Shown here: piece after piece, positions 10,702 to 19,542 of the stretch | How the letters are laid out: each line of letters begins with the position of its first letter | Position numbering within the stretch: position 1 is the first letter of the stretch | Assembly: GCA_934154785.1 (NCBI GenBank) | Contig: CAKPGL010000001.1 | Span: forward strand, 366,477 to 430,476 | DNA length: 64,000 bases | Reading direction: 5' to 3' | Source: an uncultured Bacilli bacterium | Lineage (GTDB): Bacteria; Bacillota_I; Bacilli_A; RF39; UBA660 | Notes under the pieces: model-generated | Told to the model about the DNA's origin: nothing | Databases searched by the model: none | What the model saw: the letters and a program-made list of their open reading frames with translations, nothing else | Program-made: the position numbers and the translations under genes

Positions 10702-11336
10702 TGAAATACATTTTGGATGACAAAGAATATAATGTTGAAATAGTTCGTAAGAACAATAGAAACACTTATGTTAGAGTAAAAGATGATCTAACTATTTATG
10801 TTACAACTTCTATCTTTACGACTGAAAAACAAATATTAAAACTCCTAAATGAAAATCATAATTTTCTAAAATCAACTATCCAATCAAAAAAGAAAAGACT
10901 ACCTGATCCTGATAGAATAAATTATTTAGGACAAAGTTATTATATTGCTATATCTAGATTAATGGATGATGTTTATTTTATGGGATTTAAAGTATTTACA
11001 CCTAGTAAAGAATTTCTTTATAAATGGTGTGATAAAAAAGTAGCAAAACTATTTCAAGAAAGATATGACCTATATTATAATAAATTTGAAGAAGATATTC
11101 CTTATTATAAATTAAAATTTCGTAAAATGAAAAGTAGATGGGGAGTATGTAATAAAAAAAGTAAGACTATTACTCTTAATACTAGATTATTAGAGTATGA
11201 ACTTCCTTGTTTAGACTATGTTATAGTTCATGAACTTAGTCATTTAATAGAATTTAATCATTCTAAGAACTTTTGGGCAATTGTTGAAAAATACTATCCA
11301 GATTACAAAAGTATTAAAAAAATCTTAAAGTATTAA
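10701..11336 (+). CDS. DUF45/YgjP-like (SprT/WLM-type) zinc metallohydrolase
   Basis: HExxH motif VIVHELSHLIEFNHSKNFW, typical of the YgjP/DUF45 family. Its start codon overlaps the stop of the upstream gene (TAATG). Confidence 0.6.
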   Translation: MKYILDDKEYNVEIVRKNNRNTYVRVKDDLTIYVTTSIFTTEKQILKLLNENHNFLKSTIQSKKKRLPDPDRINYLGQSYYIAISRLMDDVYFMGFKVFTPSKEFLYKWCDKKVAKLFQERYDLYYNKFEEDIPYYKLKFRKMKSRWGVCNKKSKTITLNTRLLEYELPCLDYVIVHELSHLIEFNHSKNFWAIVEKYYPDYKSIKKILKY

Positions 11337-11377
11337 ATTTCGACACTACACTTTGATATCATTATTTTGGTGATAAA

Positions 11378-11548
11378 ATGAAAGTTAAATTGTTTGATGA
11401 AAATCATGAAAAAGACCTAGAAGCTTCAGTTAATAATTTTTTAAGTGAATTAGAAGGTGAAGTAATAGAAATTAAATATCAAGTAGCAGTAGGTGTTTTC
11501 TCAGAAGAACAAGTATTTTGCTTTTCAGCAATGATTATATATACATAA
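11378..11548 (+). CDS. Cse60-like small sporulation protein (57 codons; not present in the supplied ORF track)
   Basis: The translation MKVKLFDENHEKDLEASVNNFLSELEGEVIEIKYQVAVGVFSEEQVFCFSAMIIYT resembles the B. subtilis Cse60/YteV family (DUF2758), as I recall it. Confidence 0.45.
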   Translation: MKVKLFDENHEKDLEASVNNFLSELEGEVIEIKYQVAVGVFSEEQVFCFSAMIIYT

Positions 11549-11550
11549 TT

Positions 11551-11577
11551 AGTACATGTAAATTGTACTTTTTTTGT
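11551..11577 (+). terminator. rho-independent terminator
   Basis: Hairpin agtaca-tgtaaat-tgtact followed by a T7 run. Confidence 0.55.
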
Positions 11578-11633
11578 TTAAAACTTTTTATTTAGTTACA
11601 CAATAAGCATAGAATGATATAGGAGATGATATA

Positions 11634-13958
11634 GTGTTTAATGAATTTAGCGAAGAAGCAAGAAAAATTATGGTCTCTGCTAAAGAAGAGATGTATTCTT
11701 TAAAACATCCTTATGTAGGTAGTGAACATCTTTTATTAGCAATCTTAAAAAATGATAATGATGTTTCTAAAAAACTAAAAGAATCAAAGTTAACTTATGA
11801 TACTTTTAAAAATGAAATAGTAAATACTATTGGTATAGGTAGTAATCCTAGTAAATGGTTTTTATATACACCTTTATTAAAAAGAATTATAGAAAGCGCT
11901 ATTATTGATAGTAAAGAAAATAATAATGGTATAGTTACTGTAGAACATTTATTTATAGGTCTTTTAGAAGAGGGTGAAGGTGTTGCAATTAGGATACTAC
12001 TAAGTATGAATATTGATATAGATGAATTATATCAAGAATTTTCTTATAAAATAATTAATATTACTAAATGTAAAAAAAGTAAAAAATTATTAGTGGATGA
12101 ACTAGGTTATGATTTAAATAAAAAAGCTAAAGAAGGTTGTTTTGACCCTGTAGTAGGAAGAAATAAAGAAATACAAAGATTACTAGAAATACTTTGCCGT
12201 CGTACTAAGAATAATCCTATTTTAATAGGAGATGCTGGTGTTGGAAAAACAGCTATTGTTGAAGAATTAAGTAGATTAATAGTAAATGGTGATGTTCCTT
12301 TAAGTTTACGTAATAAAAGAATTGTTAGTCTAGATATGGCAACTTTAGTAGCGGGTACTAAGTACCGTGGTGAATTTGAAGAACGTATGCGTAAACTATT
12401 AAAAGAAATAGAAGATAATGATGATATAATTTTATTTATTGATGAAATTCATACATTAGTAGGAGCGGGTGGGGCTGAAGGCGCTATAGATGCTTCTAAT
12501 ATATTTAAACCAGCACTATCTAGAGGTAAAATTAGAGTAATTGGTGCAACTACTACAGAAGAATATAAGAAATTTATTGAAAATGATAAAGCCTTAGAAC
12601 GAAGATTTCAAAAGATTGTAGTTAAAGCACCTAGTAGGGAAGTATTAAAACATATTTTAATGTGTGTTAAAGAAAATTATGAAAAATTTCATAATGTAAT
12701 AGTTGAAGAAAATATTATTGACTTAATAGTAAATTTATCTAATAAATATATTTATGACCGTAATGAACCAGATCGCTCTATAGATGTACTAGATGAAGTA
12801 TGTAGTTATGTAAGTTTAAAAGAAAGTGATGAATTAAAAGAATATAATAAATATAATAAAAAATTACATGAATTATTAGAAAATAAGAATAACGCTATTA
12901 TCAAAAATGATTTTAAATTAGCAGCATCTCTAAAACTACAAGAAAAAGAATTAATGGATAAAGTAAATAATTTGGAATTAACTTTATCAAATAATAATCA
13001 AAATAAAAAAGTTACTAAAGAAGATATAGCATTTGTTATAAATGCTAAAACAGGTATACCTGTATATGAATTATTAGAAGAAACTGATAAGATGATGTCT
13101 AACTTTGATAAAGAATTAAAAAGTACTATCTATGGTCAAGAACGCGCTATTAAAGAATTAGTTTATCTAGCACGACGTATAAAATTAGGGTATAAAGAAG
13201 AAAATAGTTGCTATTCAATTATGTTCTGTGGACCATCGGGAGTAGGAAAGACTTGTCTTGCTAAAAAATTTGGAGCAATGTTAGTAGGAGAATCTAATGT
13301 TATAAAAATAGACGCTAGTGAATATGTAGAAGCACATACTATTAGTAAAATAGTAGGAGCACCTCCAGGATATGTAGGATATACTGATAATAAGAATATC
13401 TTAGAAGAAATTAAAAATAAACCTTATTCAGTTCTAATAATAGATGAAATAGAAAAAGCTAATCCCGCTATTATAAATTTATTCTTTCAAATATTAGATG
13501 ATGGTAAGATAAAAGATTCTAAAGGAACAGAAGTAAGATTTGATAACGTTACTATTATTATGACTTCTAATATTGGTTATGAAAATAAAAACTTAGGATT
13601 TATCAATAGTGAAGAAGAAATAATTATGAACAAATTAAAGGATAACTTTAGTATTCCTTTTATTAATAGAATAGATAATTTAGTTATGTTTAATTATTTA
13701 AGCGAAGAAGTTATTAAAGTACTAGTAGAAAAGAAACTAGAAGATATTAAGAGTAAATATGAAACTAAGGATAGAGTTATTACTTATAATGATAGTATTA
13801 AGAGTGATATAGTAAGACTATCTAATTATAATGAATTTGGAGCTAGAAAACTAGATAAGTTAATAAAAGAATATGTAGAAAATCCTATTATTCAAGGTAT
13901 AATTGAAAATAAAAAAGAAATTAATATAGATAGTATCTCTGATAAAGTATTAATTTAA
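11634..13958 (+). CDS. clpC: ClpC-like Clp/Hsp100 ATPase (two AAA+ modules with an N-terminal Clp_N repeat domain)
   Basis: Clp_N repeats (GSEHLLLAIL and VEHLFIGLLEEGEGVA). Two Walker A motifs (GDAGVGKTA and GPSGVGKT). GTG start with a GGAG RBS. No CtsR heptad repeat was seen upstream. Confidence 0.8.
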   Translation: MFNEFSEEARKIMVSAKEEMYSLKHPYVGSEHLLLAILKNDNDVSKKLKESKLTYDTFKNEIVNTIGIGSNPSKWFLYTPLLKRIIESAIIDSKENNNGIVTVEHLFIGLLEEGEGVAIRILLSMNIDIDELYQEFSYKIINITKCKKSKKLLVDELGYDLNKKAKEGCFDPVVGRNKEIQRLLEILCRRTKNNPILIGDAGVGKTAIVEELSRLIVNGDVPLSLRNKRIVSLDMATLVAGTKYRGEFEERMRKLLKEIEDNDDIILFIDEIHTLVGAGGAEGAIDASNIFKPALSRGKIRVIGATTTEEYKKFIENDKALERRFQKIVVKAPSREVLKHILMCVKENYEKFHNVIVEENIIDLIVNLSNKYIYDRNEPDRSIDVLDEVCSYVSLKESDELKEYNKYNKKLHELLENKNNAIIKNDFKLAASLKLQEKELMDKVNNLELTLSNNNQNKKVTKEDIAFVINAKTGIPVYELLEETDKMMSNFDKELKSTIYGQERAIKELVYLARRIKLGYKEENSCYSIMFCGPSGVGKTCLAKKFGAMLVGESNVIKIDASEYVEAHTISKIVGAPPGYVGYTDNKNILEEIKNKPYSVLIIDEIEKANPAIINLFFQILDDGKIKDSKGTEVRFDNVTIIMTSNIGYENKNLGFINSEEEIIMNKLKDNFSIPFINRIDNLVMFNYLSEEVIKVLVEKKLEDIKSKYETKDRVITYNDSIKSDIVRLSNYNEFGARKLDKLIKEYVENPIIQGIIENKKEINIDSISDKVLI

Positions 13959-13963
13959 ATTTT

Positions 13964-13987
13964 AATCACCATCATGGTGATTTTTTA
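13964..13987 (+). terminator. rho-independent terminator after clpC
   Basis: Palindrome aatcaccat-catg-atggtgatt followed by TTTTTT. Confidence 0.6.
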
Positions 13988-14050
13988 AATTTATATAAAA
14001 AAAACTAGCAATTTTTAAAATTTATGATAAAATGAATATAGGGTGATACT

Positions 14051-14659
14051 ATGACTGATTTAGATACAATAAAAAATACATTAGATACTAATACATATTT
14101 ATCACAAGAAATGAAAGATAATATCTTTGAATTAGTAGTTCTATTTAATAAAAACTTTAATCAAATAGCACTCAATAATCTTAATGAAAGATTAAAAACT
14201 TTAAAAATAGAAAAAATAAGTAGTTTTTTAAGTAAAAGAGTTTCTAGATATGATATACATAAAAATACTATTTATTTTAATGATAAAGAATTAAAAAAAG
14301 ACTATGATGTTCGTCACATATTAATGTTAGAATTAATAAATATTATTTCATCAAATAATGAATTTAGTGGATTTAACTATGAAGATAAATTTGAAGCTTT
14401 AAATATTGGATATACAGAAATGCTTGCTAATTACTTAGTTGGTAATGATGGAGAAGAAATGATTTATCCACATGAAGCAGTAATGGCCAATTTACTTTCA
14501 ATTGTAATTGGAGAAGATGTACTAGAAAAAGCATATTTTCAAAATGATTATAAATTATTATTAGATAATGTAAAGAAAGTAGGAATTGAATTAGCTGGAA
14601 AAAATGGATTTATGAATTGGAATAGTTTAGCTAATTATTATTCTAATAGGGGAGAATAA
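14051..14659 (+). CDS. hypothetical protein (202 aa)
   Basis: ORF with a GGGTGA RBS. No recognised motif. Confidence 0.4.
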   Translation: MTDLDTIKNTLDTNTYLSQEMKDNIFELVVLFNKNFNQIALNNLNERLKTLKIEKISSFLSKRVSRYDIHKNTIYFNDKELKKDYDVRHILMLELINIISSNNEFSGFNYEDKFEALNIGYTEMLANYLVGNDGEEMIYPHEAVMANLLSIVIGEDVLEKAYFQNDYKLLLDNVKKVGIELAGKNGFMNWNSLANYYSNRGE

Positions 14660-14660
14660 A

Positions 14661-14918
14661 ATGGAATTTTTAAATTGGGGAAACAGTGGCAAATGGAATT
14701 TTGATAAAATTCAAGAAGGTTTTATTCGTATGATTTGTAATTGCGAATTAACTAAAGAACAAGTTGAGAGAATTTCTGCTAATTTAATATTTGATAATAG
14801 ATGTTTAAATAGTAAAGGTTTTAATAAGACATCTATTGAAAGATTTGATTTAGAAAAAGATTCTCTATTAATGGATGCTAGTAAATGGATAGAAGAAACG
14901 CATAAAAAAGTTATTTAG
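14661..14918 (+). CDS. hypothetical protein (85 aa), starting 2 nt after the previous gene
   Basis: ORF with a GGGGAG RBS. No recognised motif. Confidence 0.35.
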   Translation: MEFLNWGNSGKWNFDKIQEGFIRMICNCELTKEQVERISANLIFDNRCLNSKGFNKTSIERFDLEKDSLLMDASKWIEETHKKVI

Positions 14919-14985
14919 TTTCTTCTTTTTTTGTTGAAAAATAATGTTTTTTAGTATATACTAATACTTGTATTGGAGGAAGAAT

Positions 14986-16233
14986 ATGAAAAATATAAAA
15001 GAAGTAAATGTAAAAATAGAAGGAGAAAAGTGGAATAAGGCTATTGATACAGCTTATACTAAAGCAAGTTCTAAAGTTAAAATAGATGGTTTTAGACCTG
15101 GTCATGCTCCAAAAGAAATATTCTTTAAAAAGTATGGAAAAGAAGCATTATACCATGATGCTGCAGAAATAGTTTTAGAAGATGCTTATCGTGAAGTATT
15201 TGATAATAATAAAGATTTACAAATCGTTGCATACCCTGAAATAGATATTAAAGCTATTGATGAAAATGGTGTAGAGTTTACATTTAAATTAACTTTAAAA
15301 CCAGAAGTAAAACTTGGAAAATATAAAGGTTTAGATGTAAAGAAGAAAAGTGTAGAAGTTAGTGAAGAAGAAATAGAACATGAAATTGAACACTTACGTA
15401 GCCATTATGCTGAAGAAGTTGTTAAAGAAGGAACTTTAGAAGATGGCGATATCGCTGTTATAGATTTTGAAGGATTTAAAGATGGCGTAGCATTTGAAGG
15501 TGGCAAAGGTGAAAATTATTCATTAAAGATTGGTTCTAATACTTTTATACCTGGATTTGAAGAACAATTAATTGGTATGAATAAGGGTGAAGAAAGAGAT
15601 ATTAATGTAACTTTCCCAGAAGATTATCATAGTGAAGAATTAAAAGGTGCTAAAGTTGTATTTAAAGTAAAATTAAACGATATTAAGACAGTTAGTGTAC
15701 CAGAATTAGATAAAGATTTCTTTGATGATTTAGGTATGGAAGGTATTGATTCTAAAGAAAAATTAGAGGCACAAATTAAAGAAAATATTACAGCTCGTAA
15801 AGAAATGGATAATGAAAATGAATACATCGATGCTTTACTAGAAGAAGCTAGTAAGAATGTAGAAGTTGATATTCCAGATTGTATGATTAAAGAAGAACAA
15901 GATAGAATGTTAAAACAATATGAACAAAATTTAAAAATGCAAGGATTAACAATTGAACAATTTTATCAATTTACAAATTCTGATGAAGCTACATTAAAGG
16001 AACAAATGAAAGAAGAAGCTACTAAGAGAGTAACTATGCGTTTAATGCTAGAAGAAATTGTAAAAGAAGAAAAAATTGAAATAACTGATGAAGCTGTTAA
16101 TAAAGAAGCTGAACAATTAGCAGAAAAATATCAAATGAAGAAAGATGAATTCTTAAAAGCATTTGGTGGATTAGACATGATAAAATATGATTTAGAGATG
16201 CGTTCTGCTATAGACGTGATAAAAGGTGAGTAA
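14986..16233 (+). CDS. tig: trigger factor
   Basis: GFRPGHAPKEI, the trigger-factor signature loop, plus an FKBP-type PPIase middle domain and a C-terminal domain. Start taken at the ATG after the GGAGG RBS. Confidence 0.85.
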   Translation: MKNIKEVNVKIEGEKWNKAIDTAYTKASSKVKIDGFRPGHAPKEIFFKKYGKEALYHDAAEIVLEDAYREVFDNNKDLQIVAYPEIDIKAIDENGVEFTFKLTLKPEVKLGKYKGLDVKKKSVEVSEEEIEHEIEHLRSHYAEEVVKEGTLEDGDIAVIDFEGFKDGVAFEGGKGENYSLKIGSNTFIPGFEEQLIGMNKGEERDINVTFPEDYHSEELKGAKVVFKVKLNDIKTVSVPELDKDFFDDLGMEGIDSKEKLEAQIKENITARKEMDNENEYIDALLEEASKNVEVDIPDCMIKEEQDRMLKQYEQNLKMQGLTIEQFYQFTNSDEATLKEQMKEEATKRVTMRLMLEEIVKEEKIEITDEAVNKEAEQLAEKYQMKKDEFLKAFGGLDMIKYDLEMRSAIDVIKGE

Positions 16234-16273
16234 TCATCTTTTCTTTTTTTTAAACATTATGTTCAAAACTCAT

Positions 16274-16302
16274 TGACTTTTTTTGATAAATTATATAAAA
16301 TT
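16274..16302 (+). promoter_or_regulatory. candidate sigma-A-type promoter for the TasA-like gene array
   Basis: TTGACT followed, about 16 nt later, by a TAAAAT/TATAAA -10 region. It is the only long intergenic region between tig and the array. Confidence 0.3.
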
Positions 16303-16392
16303 ATACATGTAGGATAGGTGAGTGAGTGTCACTGAGCTACATGCAATATTATAGGACGTTATAAGCGAACGTTTTATGGAAGGAGGTATATA

Positions 16393-16980
16393 ATGGAAAA
16401 CAATGATAAGAAGTTTAGAGCTTTAGCGATAGCTGCTATATGTATTGCAATAGTTGGTATTTCAATTGCGTATGCTGCATTAGGTGCTGTATTAAATGTA
16501 ACAGGTACTGCTACTGTTAGTACAGCAAACTCTTGGAATGTTGCGGCAACACAAGGTAGTTGTACTAAAACTGCTGGTAGTCCAAGTGTTACTAAAAATT
16601 TAACTACTGTTGGTCAAACTGCTACTTGGTCAGCTTCATTTGTTGCTCCGGGGGATCAAATAACTTGTACATTTGATTGGACAAATTCTGGTAGTATCGA
16701 CGCAGCAGTTACAAATTTAGTTGTTAATGCTAGTGGCGACGCAAAAGATTATTTTACTTATAATGTTACAATGGGAACTACAGCTTTAAGTGCAGTTGTG
16801 CCTAAAAACAAATATTTAAAAGCTGGTAGTACAAAAACTGTTACTATGGTAGTTACATTTGATGAAAATAGCAACTTAACAAGTCAACAATTAGCTGACC
16901 TTGATACAAAATCTGCAACATTTACAGCTGCTTTTGAATTTGAACAAGCAGATAGTAGTATTACTTATACCGAATTATAA
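16393..16980 (+). CDS. TasA/camelysin-like secreted protein with a SipW-type signal peptide (paralog 1)
   Basis: Basic N-terminus, a hydrophobic segment and VAYA|ALGAVLNVTGTATV. It is immediately upstream of a SipW-like peptidase. Conserved C-terminus ATFTAAFEFEQADSSITYTEL. Confidence 0.5.
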   Translation: MENNDKKFRALAIAAICIAIVGISIAYAALGAVLNVTGTATVSTANSWNVAATQGSCTKTAGSPSVTKNLTTVGQTATWSASFVAPGDQITCTFDWTNSGSIDAAVTNLVVNASGDAKDYFTYNVTMGTTALSAVVPKNKYLKAGSTKTVTMVVTFDENSNLTSQQLADLDTKSATFTAAFEFEQADSSITYTEL

Positions 16981-17069
16981 TAGTTAAAAATTGTGATAGT
17001 CGCTCGCGTTATTATAACCTTTTTAACGTCCATATACAGATATTGATATTATAGATAAGGAAGAAAAAT

Positions 17070-17666
17070 ATGGGAAAAGATAGAAAATTTAGAACATTAG
17101 CTATTGCTGCAATTTGTGTAGCTATAGTTGGCGTATCAGTTGCATACGCAGCATTAAGCGCAGCATTAAATGTAACAGGTACTGCTACTGTTGATACAGC
17201 AGGTTCTTGGAATGTTACTCCTACACCTGTAAAATGTACAGCAAAAAATGGAGCATATTTCATAACAGGAGAAGAACATGTAACTACTAAAGATTTTACT
17301 GCAGTAGGTGGAACTGTTAATTGGGATGCAACATTTACAGCACCAAAACAATCAGTAACTTGTACATTTAGTTGGACTAACGGTGGTTCAATTGATGCTG
17401 CTGTTAAAAAATTAGTTGCTACAGTTAATGGAACTCAAGCTGCTAATTTTGATTACACAGTTACAATGGGAAATACAAAATTAACTCCAACTACACCTAA
17501 TAATAAGGTTTTAAAAGCTGGTAGTACAAAAAATGTTACAATGACAGTTATCTTTGATAAAGATGGTAAACTTGAAACATTACCTACAACAGAAGAAACT
17601 GCAACATTTACAGCTGCTTTTGAATTTGCACAAGCAGATAGTAGTGTAACTTATACTGAATTATAA
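17070..17666 (+). CDS. TasA/camelysin-like secreted protein with a SipW-type signal peptide (paralog 2)
   Basis: Same N-terminal motif (KFRTLAIAAICVAIVGVSVAYAALSAALNVTGTATV) and the same C-terminal ~22 aa as paralogs 1 and 3. Confidence 0.5.
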   Translation: MGKDRKFRTLAIAAICVAIVGVSVAYAALSAALNVTGTATVDTAGSWNVTPTPVKCTAKNGAYFITGEEHVTTKDFTAVGGTVNWDATFTAPKQSVTCTFSWTNGGSIDAAVKKLVATVNGTQAANFDYTVTMGNTKLTPTTPNNKVLKAGSTKNVTMTVIFDKDGKLETLPTTEETATFTAAFEFAQADSSVTYTEL

Positions 17667-17684
17667 AAAATAGGAGATATTAAA

Positions 17685-18284
17685 ATGGAAAAAGATAGAA
17701 AATTTAGAGCATTAGCAATTGCTGCAATTTGTGTAGCAGTAGTTGGTGTATCAGTTGCATATGCTGCATTAGGTGCTGCATTAAATGTAACAGGTACTGC
17801 TACTGTTAGTACTAAAGATTCTTGGAATGTAGTCGCTACAAATGCTACTTGTAGAGCTACAGGACAAGCATATTTCTTAGGAACAGATGACCAACATTTA
17901 ACAGAAAAAGTATTTAATGTTGATGGAACTTCATTAACTTGGGATGCAACATTTACCGCACCAAAAGATGCTGTAACTTGTACATTTACTTGGACTAATG
18001 GTGGTTCAATTGATGCTGCTGTTAAAAAATTAGTTGCTGATAAATCAGGAACTCAAGCTGCTAATTTTACTTATGATATTAAAATTGGTGATACTGCTAT
18101 TACTACAGAAAATATAACTGGTAAATACTTAAAAGCTAAAACTTCAAAAGAAGTTACAATTGTTGTTACTTTTGATAAAGATGGTAATCTTACAACATTA
18201 CCTACAACAAAAGAAACTGCAACATTTACAGCTGCTTTTGAATTTGCGCAAGCAGATAGTAGTACAACTTATACAGAATTATAA
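17685..18284 (+). CDS. TasA/camelysin-like secreted protein with a SipW-type signal peptide (paralog 3)
   Basis: Same conserved N- and C-termini. The central ~100 aa diverge between the paralogs. Confidence 0.5.
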   Translation: MEKDRKFRALAIAAICVAVVGVSVAYAALGAALNVTGTATVSTKDSWNVVATNATCRATGQAYFLGTDDQHLTEKVFNVDGTSLTWDATFTAPKDAVTCTFTWTNGGSIDAAVKKLVADKSGTQAANFTYDIKIGDTAITTENITGKYLKAKTSKEVTIVVTFDKDGNLTTLPTTKETATFTAAFEFAQADSSTTYTEL

Positions 18285-18300
18285 TATTAAAGGGATGTGT

Positions 18301-18324
18301 GAGCAAAAGGAAATCCTTTTGCTC
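18301..18324 (+). promoter_or_regulatory. stem-loop between the subunit genes and the peptidase gene; possible partial terminator or attenuator
   Basis: gagcaaaagg-aaat-ccttttgctc, a 10-bp stem with no downstream T-run. Confidence 0.3.
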
Positions 18325-18370
18325 TCATATCGATTATGTATTTAATACAAGAATATTAAAGGGTGATAAA

Positions 18371-19528
18371 ATGATGATGAGATTAAAAAAAATCTTTAAT
18401 AAAGCATATCTAATGCAATTTTTAATAGTTATCATGGTTTTATTTAATATTTTTGTATTAAATACGTATAGACTAAATACTTGGTATCCAACATTATATT
18501 GGGTTGCTTTAGCAATTATTTCTTATTTGATATTTGGATTAAGGAATAGGGTTCCATCCAAATTTATTGATGTTATACAACTTGTATTTATTTATTGTAT
18601 GGGATATGAACTTATTACTTATCTTTCTGGGTTGATACTGGGGTTTGTAAGAAGTCCTTATTCAATGCAAATAGTAACAATGATTAAAAATATAGCACCA
18701 TTTTTGGTTATGATCATTGCACAAGAAATAACAAGATATGCTGTAGTTACTAGATATAAAAAAAATAAGTATGTTCTGGTATCAATAACGATAGCGATAA
18801 TCTTATATGAAATATCTTATAGTATTGGTTCATATGATTTAAAGTCAGCAGCTGAGATCGTAAAGATGTTAACTATATTGGTTGGTGGCTCAATAACAAA
18901 AAACTGCTTGTGCTCTTATCTTGTATATAGAGCTGACTATAAACCGTCTATTTTATATAGATGTGTATTTGAACTTATTATTTATGTAGTACCTATATAT
19001 CCAAATTTAGGAGAATATATAGAAGCTATGGTAGCTATGATATTTCCAGTATTGCTTTTAGTTTCTATAATGGGATTATACGAGAAAAAGAAATATCGTA
19101 AAGAAAAGAAAACTTGGTTTGAGATGGTTGTTTTGTGGATTCCATCAATTATTGTAATGCTATTTATAGTGACATTACAAACAGGAGTATTTAAGTATAA
19201 AACAATGGCAATTGGTTCTCAATCAATGTATCCTAATATTAATAAGGGTGATGTTGTAGTAATAGATCAGTTCAAAGATGAGGAAAGATGCAAAGAAGTA
19301 GTTGAAGGGGAAGTTTTGGTATTTAAACATGATGGTATTATTATAGTTCACAGGGTTGTTAAAATAACTAAAAAGAATAATAGGTATATATTTAATACCA
19401 AAGGTGATAATAATAATGCTAAAGATTCTTATGATATAGATCAGTCACAGGTAGTTGGAGTTGCCAAGTTTAGAATTCCATTCATTGGTGGTCCATCCGT
19501 TTGGTTGAGTGAAACAATTAACGGTTAG
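18371..19528 (+). CDS. ER/archaeal-type (SipW-like, S26B) signal peptidase I domain fused to an N-terminal ~300-aa polytopic membrane domain of unknown function
   Basis: C-terminal ~110 aa carry GSQSMYP (catalytic Ser), IIVHRVV (His) and TKGDNNNAKDSYD (the GDNN motif typical of SipW/Sec11-type peptidases). The N-terminal part has about 8 hydrophobic helices. Start taken at MMMRLKK after a GGGTGA RBS. Confidence 0.65.
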   Translation: MMMRLKKIFNKAYLMQFLIVIMVLFNIFVLNTYRLNTWYPTLYWVALAIISYLIFGLRNRVPSKFIDVIQLVFIYCMGYELITYLSGLILGFVRSPYSMQIVTMIKNIAPFLVMIIAQEITRYAVVTRYKKNKYVLVSITIAIILYEISYSIGSYDLKSAAEIVKMLTILVGGSITKNCLCSYLVYRADYKPSILYRCVFELIIYVVPIYPNLGEYIEAMVAMIFPVLLLVSIMGLYEKKKYRKEKKTWFEMVVLWIPSIIVMLFIVTLQTGVFKYKTMAIGSQSMYPNINKGDVVVIDQFKDEERCKEVVEGEVLVFKHDGIIIVHRVVKITKKNNRYIFNTKGDNNNAKDSYDIDQSQVVGVAKFRIPFIGGPSVWLSETING

Positions 19529-19542
19529 AAAGGAATGTATTT

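Noticed and set aside
11549-11633. CtsR operator (tandem GGTCAAA heptads) upstream of clpC
   Set aside because: No GTCAAA-type direct repeat is present. The region contains only a terminator palindrome and a GTG-start RBS.
16234-16392. Large structured leader or riboswitch between tig and the first TasA-like gene
   Set aside because: Only a short GTGA-GTG-TCAC hairpin and a promoter-like TTGACT are visible. No conserved riboswitch core was recognised.
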